Source: Myxococcota bacterium (GTDB taxonomy: Bacteria; Myxococcota_A; UBA796; CAJQPC01). From it: a DNA stretch of 44,936 nt. Both the position numbers and the translations under genes were made by a program. Below the pieces are notes generated by a model that saw only the letters and a program-made list of their open reading frames with translations, did no database searches and was not told where the DNA came from. Where the stretch lies: assembly GCA_023150845.1 (NCBI GenBank), contig JAKLKD010000022.1, positions 1 to 44,936 of the forward strand, written 5' to 3'. Below, in pieces: positions 38,507 to 44,936 of the stretch; positions within the stretch are counted from its first letter, which is position 1; every line of letters begins with the position of its first letter.

Positions 38507-39502
38507 TCAGCTCGCGGGCAAGCCGTCGCGGCGGGCGCGGGCGGTGTTGGTGAGCTCCCCCTCAAAGCCGAAGGTCCCGGCGACGATGATGGCTTGGTCG
38601 TAGGCGTTGAAGGCCTTGGCCACGAGCACCTTTGTCGACTTGTCGACGCCCTCGCGGTAGAGCGACGCCTGCTCCTCGGTGAGCCGGCCGGGGGGCGGCG
38701 CGCGCAGCATGTCCTCGCGGAAGCTGATGTAGGCGTCGCCGAGGTCGAGGAGGCCCCGGAGGATCCACTCCGGCTCCCGCTGCTCGACGACGTGCACGAG
38801 CATGGCCTCGGCGTCTAAGATGTGCCCGGCGCGGGCCTGCATGTCGCGCTTCTGCTTCCGCTCAGGCCCGTCGAAGGTGAGCGCCGCGGCCTGGTCGAGC
38901 TCGTAGCGGGCGAGGTGGTACCAGCCTTTGCCGAGGATCCAGCCCAGCTCCTCGTCGGTGCGGGTGGCGGAGAGCGCGGCGTTGAGCAGCTCGCGCCCCT
39001 TCGCCGCTCGGCCCGAGCGCAGCATCGCGACGCCCCGGGCCACGTCGTAGGTCACCCGGTCGTTGAGGCTCAGGCCGCCGGTCGTCGGCACCCGGGAGAA
39101 GGCCTTGAGGGCCTCCTCAAAGCGGCCGAGCTCCTCCAGGCAGAGGCCCCGGCGGAAGTGTACGCTCGGGGCCAAGGACTCCGGCGGCGATTGGGTGAGG
39201 AGCAGATCATACGCCGAGATGGCGGTCCCAAGCTCGCCGCGCAGCTCATAGACGACGCCGAGGTGGTAGAGCGCCTCGGGCGGGCCGTCGGGGAGGCTCG
39301 CGAGGTAGACGAGGCGCTGCTCGGCGCCCTCGAGGTCGTCGTTGATGAGGCGGGTGTAGGCGTCCTCAAACAGGGCTTCGGGGCTCTGGGTGGCGAAGAC
39401 CCCGACCAAGGCCGCCGGGGGCTGGTGCTGGTCCAAGGGATAGAGCACGACCGGCGCGCGAGCGGCGCAGGCGAGGAGCGTGAGTAGGCTGAGCGTCATC
39501 AT
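38507..39502 (-). CDS. TPR-repeat lipoprotein
   Basis: The lipoprotein signal is MMTLSLLTLLACAARAP (lipobox LLAC). TPR-like helical repeats follow (AEQRLVYLASL…ALYHLGVVYELRGELGTAISAYDLLL…FRRGLCLEELGRFEEALKAF). The start is placed at the MM codons (39502) rather than the listed 39604. Confidence 0.7.
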   Translation of the reverse strand: MMTLSLLTLLACAARAPVVLYPLDQHQPPAALVGVFATQSPEALFEDAYTRLINDDLEGAEQRLVYLASLPDGPPEALYHLGVVYELRGELGTAISAYDLLLTQSPPESLAPSVHFRRGLCLEELGRFEEALKAFSRVPTTGGLSLNDRVTYDVARGVAMLRSGRAAKGRELLNAALSATRTDEELGWILGKGWYHLARYELDQAAALTFDGPERKQKRDMQARAGHILDAEAMLVHVVEQREPEWILRGLLDLGDAYISFREDMLRAPPPGRLTEEQASLYREGVDKSTKVLVAKAFNAYDQAIIVAGTFGFEGELTNTARARRDGLPAS

Positions 39503-39851
39503 GGGACAGGAGACCCTGGCGGTGGCGCGGAGGTTCCCACCTCGGCGCCTGAGCAAAAAAGTGGCCTCCACCCTGGCCGTGTGAGCGTTGGGGTCCTCCT
39601 CCACTCAGGAGGGGGGAGCCGCGTGTCCGCTTCAGGCTTCCTCGCGAGGAGGCGTGCACACCACGGAGAGGGGCGGGTCCCAGGACATACTTGTGGAGGA
39701 ACCACGGTCGCTCTGTACTCGAACCGGGCAGAGGCCGATCTCACTATACCTGAGCGGGGCGAGGCTTGCGCGGAGGGTGGCGCGAAGGCTAAAGCGTCAC
39801 GCGGCTCATCGACGCGGCTGGCGTCAGGCGGAGCCCGGAGACGGTGTCCTG

Positions 39852-41315
39852 GTGACTGAACTCCTGCTCCTGGGCGGCCACGCGCTGCTGGTGGCGACGC
39901 TCTCGCTCACCGGGCTGCATCGGCTGTGGCTCACGGCGGCGTACTGGCGCACCCGACACCAGGTCACGGCGCGTGTGGCCCTCGACGAGGCCGCGCTGCC
40001 CGTCGTCACCGTGCAGCTCCCGGTCTACAACGAACGGTACGTCGTCACCCGGCTCATCGACGCCGCCGCGGCGCTGGACTGGCCCCGGGACCGCCTGGAG
40101 CTGCAGATCCTCGACGACAGCGACGATGACACGACGGCCCTCGCTGAAGCCGCCGCGGCGCGGCACCGCGCCCGAGGCCTCAACGTCGCGGTGCTGCGGC
40201 GCCCCGACCGCCAGGGGTTCAAGGCCGGGGCCTTGGCCTGGGGGTTGGAGCGCGCCCGGGGCTCGATCATCGCCATCTTTGACGCGGACTTTGTGCCGCC
40301 TGCGGACTTCTTACGCCGCGCCGTGCCCGCCCTCGGGCCCGAGGTCGGCATGGTCCAGGCGCGCTGGACCCACCTCAACGAGGGCGAGTCGTGGCTCACC
40401 CGGGTCGAGGCCATGCTCTTAGACGGCCACTTCGTCATCGAGCACGCGGCGCGGGCGCGCTCGGGGCGCTGGTTCAACTTCAACGGCACGGCGGGGCTCT
40501 GGCGCCGCGAGGCCATCGTCGCCGCGGGCGGCTGGCAAGGCGACACGCTCACCGAGGACCTCGACCTCTCGTACCGCGCCCAGCTCGTGGGCTGGCGCTT
40601 CGTCTACCTCCCCGAGCTCGCCGTGCCCGCGGAGCTCCCCGGGGACATCCTCGCGTTTAAGGGCCAGCAGCGGCGCTGGGCGAAGGGCTCGATCCAGACG
40701 GCGAAGAAGCTCCTGCCGAGGCTCTGGGGCTCCGCCGCGCCTTGGTCGGTGAAGCTTGAGGCCACGGCGCACCTCTGCGCGAACCTCGCTTACCCCGGGG
40801 TGCTCCTGCTCTCGGTGATCACGCCCGTCGCCGCGCTCCAGCGGGTCGGGCACCCCCTCGTCGAGCCGCTCCACGCCTTGTTCTTCACCATCGCCGCGCT
40901 GTCCTTGGGCCTGTTTTATGGGGTGAGCGCCGGGGCGCACCACACCGACTGGCCTCGTCGCCTCGGGCGGGTGCCCTGGGCGATGGCGCTCGGCGCGGGC
41001 ATGGCGGTGAACCAGTCCCGGGCGGTGTTTGAGGCGCTGTTCGGCGAGGTCGGGGCCTTCGTGCGCACCCCCAAACGTGGAGGCCCGGGCGGGGCCGGGC
41101 GCTACACATTGGCCGGGGACGGCAACGCGGCCTGGGAGATCACCCTCGGCCTCGCGCAGCTCGTCGGCGCCGTGGCCTGCCTGCGCGCCGGGTCCTGGGG
41201 CTCGGCGCCGCTCCTGGCCCTCTTCGGCCTCGGTTACCTCTGGGTGGGCCTCGGGAGCCTCAGCCCGCCTAGCCCGGCGCCCCTGGAGGCCGCTGAAGCT
41301 GAGGCAGCCGGGTGA
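39852..41315 (+). CDS. Processive family-2 glycosyltransferase (cellulose/chitin/hyaluronan-synthase-like, QxxRW class)
   Basis: It has an N-terminal TM helix, then DxD (LQILDDSDDDT), IFDADFVP, and the processive-synthase Q(Q)RRW motif (FKGQQRRWAKGS), then C-terminal TM helices. The start is placed at GTG 39852 and is uncertain. The listed 39588 N-terminal extension looks non-coding. Confidence 0.8.
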   Translation: MTELLLLGGHALLVATLSLTGLHRLWLTAAYWRTRHQVTARVALDEAALPVVTVQLPVYNERYVVTRLIDAAAALDWPRDRLELQILDDSDDDTTALAEAAAARHRARGLNVAVLRRPDRQGFKAGALAWGLERARGSIIAIFDADFVPPADFLRRAVPALGPEVGMVQARWTHLNEGESWLTRVEAMLLDGHFVIEHAARARSGRWFNFNGTAGLWRREAIVAAGGWQGDTLTEDLDLSYRAQLVGWRFVYLPELAVPAELPGDILAFKGQQRRWAKGSIQTAKKLLPRLWGSAAPWSVKLEATAHLCANLAYPGVLLLSVITPVAALQRVGHPLVEPLHALFFTIAALSLGLFYGVSAGAHHTDWPRRLGRVPWAMALGAGMAVNQSRAVFEALFGEVGAFVRTPKRGGPGGAGRYTLAGDGNAAWEITLGLAQLVGAVACLRAGSWGSAPLLALFGLGYLWVGLGSLSPPSPAPLEAAEAEAAG

Positions 41316-42540
41316 ACGGCGTCGGCACGGTGAGGGCGCCCGGCGCGACGGCCTCGGCTGGGGCGGCGGTGGCCTCAACACCGATGGCGCGCAGAGCCTC
41401 GGGGCGCTCACACCCGGCGACGATGAGCTCGTAACGTTGGGCGAGGCGCGCGAGCATGTAGGCCCGCTGAAGCCCCGCGCCAGACGGTACCGGCCCGGTG
41501 AGTAGGCTCTGCCAAGGCGGGGCGACGCTCGCCATGAGGGCGGCGAAGGCGCGCTCGCCGGAGCCCTCCCCAGCGCCGTCGGGGCAGGCCGCGTCGAGGA
41601 CGAGGCGGGCGCCGTCGAGGAGGGGAGGGGAGGGCGAGAGCGCGAGGTAGGTCGCCGCCCGGCTCGCCTGGTAAAAGTTCGCCGCCTTGGCGCGGGGCAC
41701 GCGGAGCACGCAGGCGGAGACGGGCTCCGGCACGGTCCACCAGGGGTCTTGGGCGGCGGCGGCGGCGCGTAGAGCGGCCCGGGGCTCCCCGAAGGTCCAG
41801 CGGCCGTCGCCCAACGAGAGCAAAGCGAGGCGGGTGCCGTTGCGCTCGCCGAGGGCGTCCACGGCGTCGCGGAAGGGGTTGCCCTCGACGCGGCCCACCT
41901 GCACCGCCGGGTCGCAGACCATGGCCCGGGCGTGTAGCGCGGCGAGGGTGTCCCGGCCGCCGCAGCCGACGGCGCTGGCCTTGTGCCCGCCGGAGAAGCC
42001 CGCGTACTGGTGCAGCTCGACGACGCCGACGGCGAGGGTCAGCTCGGCCTCGGCGATGGCGTGGGCGACCTGGCAAGGAACGCCGCCGACGAGGCCAAGG
42101 TCGGCGGTGTCGTCGGGGTCGGAGTTCAGGACCGGCCAGCCGCAGGCGGCGCGCAGGGGCGCGAGCTCGGCCTCGGTGAGCGGCCGGTGCAGGCCGAGGC
42201 CGACGACGACGGTGACCTCGGCGGGGGCGCACTCCCCGAGGGCCCGGCCTAGGGCGGCCAAGACCGTAGGGGTGTGCAGCGGGCGGGTGAGGTCGGGGAC
42301 GGCGATGGCGAGGCGACGGAGCCCCGGGGGCAGGCTCAGCCCGGCGAGGGCGTCCTCGAGCGCGCCCACCACAGAAGGAGGCTCAGCCACAGCGCCGGAT
42401 GCTCGATCCACGGGACCCACCACACCTCCTGCCAACCTCGGGCATCGTAGTCGGCGAGCGCCAGGTAGGACAAGGGGCACAAGGACACGAACACGAGCCA
42501 GGGCCACACCCCGCGGAGCATGGCCGGGGCCAAGGCCCAC
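41269..42540 (-). CDS. LarA-like (DUF2088, lactate-racemase family) protein; start uncertain
   Basis: The N-terminal DUF2088 pattern is …RLAIAVPDLTRPLHTPTVLAALGRAL and HQYAGFSGGHKASAVGCGG (the H-x3-GFSGG-x-K signature). The full ORF of 423 aa matches LarA length but would overlap the upstream GT-C gene by about 205 nt. In-frame GTG codons at roughly 42390 and 42372 are alternative starts. The 3' end overlaps the convergent GT2 gene by 47 nt. Confidence 0.55.
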   Translation of the reverse strand: MGLGPGHAPRGVALARVRVLVPLVLPGARRLRCPRLAGGVVGPVDRASGAVAEPPSVVGALEDALAGLSLPPGLRRLAIAVPDLTRPLHTPTVLAALGRALGECAPAEVTVVVGLGLHRPLTEAELAPLRAACGWPVLNSDPDDTADLGLVGGVPCQVAHAIAEAELTLAVGVVELHQYAGFSGGHKASAVGCGGRDTLAALHARAMVCDPAVQVGRVEGNPFRDAVDALGERNGTRLALLSLGDGRWTFGEPRAALRAAAAAQDPWWTVPEPVSACVLRVPRAKAANFYQASRAATYLALSPSPPLLDGARLVLDAACPDGAGEGSGERAFAALMASVAPPWQSLLTGPVPSGAGLQRAYMLARLAQRYELIVAGCERPEALRAIGVEATAAPAEAVAPGALTVPTPFTRLPQLQRPPGAPG

Positions 42541-43475
42541 AAGGCGTACCAGGGGTGCACGACCGGGGAGAGCACGAGGAGCGCCCCAGAGACGTGCAAC
42601 ATCAGGCGATCCGGGCTCGGCCGCTGGCGCAAGATCGCCGCGCAGTAGAGCCCGCCCAAGGCCACGCCCAGCCAGCGCGCGCGCCGCCCGTCGCCGACGG
42701 CGGCCTCCAAGAACGAGAAGGCGAGGCCATTAAAGGCCCAGGCCTCGTAATACCGCCCGAAACCCCGGCCCAAGGTGGCCCCGGCGTCGAGGAAGGGCAG
42801 GCCCAAGGCCAAGAAGCTGAGCCCACCCAACACCGCGCCCCAGGCGAGGCCCCGGCTCGGCGCCCGGGCGAGTCCGAGCAAGGCGAGGCCCGGCAAGAGC
42901 TTCACCGAGGCCCCCGCCCAGGCCCAGAGCGCGGAGAGCCCCGGCCGCTGGGCCGTCATGAAGCTCAAGGTCATCGCCAAGGCGGCGGGCCCCTCCAGGT
43001 GGCCGCTCCCGGCGGTCTCCAGGATCGGCAGGGGGTGCAGCGCGTAGGCCACTGGGGCCCAGGCGCCGACCCCCCGCGCCGGGCACATCCGCCAGAGCGC
43101 CGCCGCGACCCCAAGATCACAGGCGCCGGACAGCACCTTCCAGCCCAAGGGCGACGTGGTGACCGCGACCATGGCCCGAAACAGCCACAAAGCCCCCGGC
43201 GGGTAGATCGTCGAGACGTCCTTGTGGTTGACCTGGGCCCAGACCTCGTCCCGCAGGTGCGCGAGGGCGGGGTCGTTCGGCGCGTAGAGGAAGGGATTGA
43301 GCCCGGCGGCGATCACCTCGCCCTCCCAGAGGTAGCGGTACACGTCGTCGGAGAGGCTCGCCGGGGAGAGCAGGGTGAGGAGCCGCAGCCCCGCGCCCAA
43401 GGCGAGCCACCCCCACGCCGCCTCAGGGCGCGCACGCACCGCCCAGGCCGCGCCGAGCGCCCCGAGGGACCACAA
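42336..43475 (-). CDS. GT-C-fold integral-membrane glycosyltransferase (DUF2029/GT87-like)
   Basis: It has about 10 predicted TM helices, is W-rich, and has an early-loop acidic motif SDDVYRYLWEG typical of GT-C/DUF2029 lipid-linked sugar transferases. Confidence 0.6.
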   Translation of the reverse strand: MWSLGALGAAWAVRARPEAAWGWLALGAGLRLLTLLSPASLSDDVYRYLWEGEVIAAGLNPFLYAPNDPALAHLRDEVWAQVNHKDVSTIYPPGALWLFRAMVAVTTSPLGWKVLSGACDLGVAAALWRMCPARGVGAWAPVAYALHPLPILETAGSGHLEGPAALAMTLSFMTAQRPGLSALWAWAGASVKLLPGLALLGLARAPSRGLAWGAVLGGLSFLALGLPFLDAGATLGRGFGRYYEAWAFNGLAFSFLEAAVGDGRRARWLGVALGGLYCAAILRQRPSPDRLMLHVSGALLVLSPVVHPWYALWALAPAMLRGVWPWLVFVSLCPLSYLALADYDARGWQEVWWVPWIEHPALWLSLLLWWARSRTPSPG

Positions 43476-43716
43476 GCTCGCGAGTCCGACGAAGGCCGTC
43501 GCGGCGCCGCGCAGATCGCCCAGAGCGACGACCCCCGCCGCGCAGAGCGCGCAGAGGACGCCGCCGATCAGCGCGAGGGGCGCAGCGCCGGGTCGCTGAG
43601 AGGGGTTCAGGTGAAGCCTCGGGACAGACTTGACATGACAAGAGAGACCGCGTACCCATTATCGGGTTAAAAGTGTGTGTGTGCCTCGCAGCGATGACGC
43701 TGCACTCGGAGTCGTC

Positions 43717-44448
43717 ATGTCCCGCGCGCGCCTCGTGCTCCTCCTGATGCTGGCCCCGACGCTGCTCGCGGCCAAGTGCCGCGACAAGAAGATCGAGGAG
43801 GTGCCTGATGACATCGTCACCGTAGACCCAGCGCCGGTGGATGTCGCGCTCCAGATCATCTCCATCGACCCGGCGCTCGGTGAGGCCAACAAGCCCTTCG
43901 CCGCGCGTATTTACGGCTCAGAGTTCGCCCAGGGCTCCACGGTGAGCTTCAGCGGCACCCCGGCCTCGTCGGTCACCTTCGTCGATGAGAACACGCTCGA
44001 TGTCATGGTCCCGGCCTTGCCCGAGGGCCCCGTGGACATCACGGTCAAGATCCCCAGCGGCCAGCAGTCCACCCTGCGCCGCGGCCTCTCGCTCATGGCC
44101 GCCAACGCCAACGCCGTCTGCGACAAGGCCACCATCTACTTCGACCTCGACAGCAACACGCTCCGCCCCGACCAGCGCGCCGCGCTGAACGCCCTGGTGC
44201 CTTGCCTCTCGCGCCGCACCGAGCGTATCCGCCTGGAGGGCCACACCGACGAGCGCGGCACCACCGACTACAACCTCGCCTTGGGCCAGCGCCGGGCGAA
44301 CGCCGTCCGGGAGTACCTCGTGAGCCAAGGAGTGCCCCCCTCTCGCATCGACTCCGTCACCTACGGCGAGGAGCGCCCCACCCGCGCCGGCAGCGGCGAG
44401 GACACCTGGGCCGCCAACCGCCGCGTCGAGCTCCGGGTGACCCGGTGA
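43717..44448 (+). CDS. OmpA-family peptidoglycan-binding lipoprotein (Pal-like) with an IPT/TIG-like β-sandwich domain
   Basis: The signal is MSRARLVLLLMLAPTLLAAKC. The OmpA_C domain reads IYFDLDSNTLRPDQRAALNALVPCL…IRLEGHTDERGTTDYNLALGQRRANAVREYLVSQGV…NRRVELRV. The start is ATG 43717, which has a GGAG upstream. Confidence 0.85.
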   Translation: MSRARLVLLLMLAPTLLAAKCRDKKIEEVPDDIVTVDPAPVDVALQIISIDPALGEANKPFAARIYGSEFAQGSTVSFSGTPASSVTFVDENTLDVMVPALPEGPVDITVKIPSGQQSTLRRGLSLMAANANAVCDKATIYFDLDSNTLRPDQRAALNALVPCLSRRTERIRLEGHTDERGTTDYNLALGQRRANAVREYLVSQGVPPSRIDSVTYGEERPTRAGSGEDTWAANRRVELRVTR

Positions 44449-44936
44449 GCCCCCGCGCCTTGTCCGCCCTCGTCTTGGCCCTCGGCCTGCTCCAGGGCTG
44501 CGTGCTCGACCGCACCGGCCAGTCCGCCACGGCGGCGTATGAGCGAGAGCTCGCCGCCCAGAAGGCCCGGGCCGACGAGCTGGAGCGCCTCAACGCCGAC
44601 CTTGAGCGCCGCCTCGTGCAGCTCGACGAGGTGGTGCGTTACCGCGGCCAACAAGAGGCCGAGAAGATGGAGAACCTCGACCAGGTGCGCGACGAGGTGC
44701 GCCGCCTCCGGGGTGAGCTGGAGACGGGCCAGCACCAGGCCGACGCCAGCGAGCTCGCCACGAAGGCCTTCCGCGAGGACGCCCAGTTCCGCCTGGAGTA
44801 CATGGAGCTGCGGGTGGCCACCTTAGAGAAGGCCCTCGGCGTCAAGCCCCCGGCGGCGCCCGTCCCCGGCGGCCAGGTCGCCGTCGCCCCGCCCGCGGGC
44901 GGCGGTGAGGTCACCTCGCCGGTCAGCCCTCCCAAA
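44445..44936 (+). CDS. Coiled-coil lipoprotein, CpoB/YbgF-like N-terminal domain (partial, continues past the window end)
   Basis: The GTG overlaps the Pal stop (GTGA). The signal is …ALVLALGLLQGC (lipobox). A long heptad coiled coil follows (ELAAQKARADELERLNADLERRLVQLDE…VRDEVRRLRGELE), as in the N-terminus of CpoB downstream of pal. The frame stays open to the window end. Confidence 0.55.
   Translation, partial: MSPRALSALVLALGLLQGCVLDRTGQSATAAYERELAAQKARADELERLNADLERRLVQLDEVVRYRGQQEAEKMENLDQVRDEVRRLRGELETGQHQADASELATKAFREDAQFRLEYMELRVATLEKALGVKPPAAPVPGGQVAVAPPAGGGEVTSPVSPPK

Noticed and set aside
39503-39851. N-terminal 88-aa extension of the GT2 ORF (listed start 39588), and a possible riboswitch in the 350-bp divergent spacer
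   Set aside because: The extension translation is non-protein-like. I could not match any known riboswitch consensus (e.g. c-di-GMP-I) by eye. The issue is left open and needs an Infernal scan.

Overview
This 44.9 kb window is very GC-rich (about 70%) with strong GC3 codon bias. A MYXO-CTERM sorting signal and myxobacterial-style DNDCD repeats in one lipoprotein suggest a Myxococcota/deltaproteobacterial chromosome; a marine Nannocystineae-like origin is inference only. The window has four parts. (i) 1–7.1 kb holds a partial hypothetical gene (−), a 1257-aa eukaryotic-like Ser/Thr kinase fused to a STAND/AAA-like region, and, convergent to it, a clear major vault protein (MVP) homolog (−). 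(ii) 7.1–14.4 kb is a housekeeping stretch: yifB/comM Mg-chelatase-like ATPase, a DUF3006 ORF, recA, a nucleophile-less α/β-hydrolase, a GNAT acetyltransferase, a DAGK/YegS lipid kinase, an AT-rich island, HU and ribA. (iii) 14.5–21.6 kb holds an 831-aa lipoprotein with a MYXO-CTERM tail, a minus-strand operon smpB–VKOR/DsbA fusion–prmA–rsmE, and a secreted α/β-hydrolase. (iv) 21.6–38.5 kb is a complete division/cell-wall (dcw) cluster, mraZ-rsmH-ftsL-ftsI-[730 bp gap]-murE-murF-mraY-murD-ftsW-murC-murB-ddl-ftsQ-ftsZ. It lacks murG and ftsA at their conserved positions and is preceded by a dense array of GTGGAN repeats (putative MraZ boxes). (v) 38.5–44.9 kb holds a TPR lipoprotein, a processive GT2 synthase with a QRRW motif, a LarA-like (DUF2088) protein, a GT-C/DUF2029 membrane glycosyltransferase, an OmpA/Pal-like lipoprotein and a partial CpoB-like coiled-coil lipoprotein. 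No rRNA, tRNA, CRISPR or obvious transposase was seen. The most unusual item is the bacterial MVP (vault shell protein) homolog and its palindromic divergent promoter shared with yifB-DUF3006-recA.
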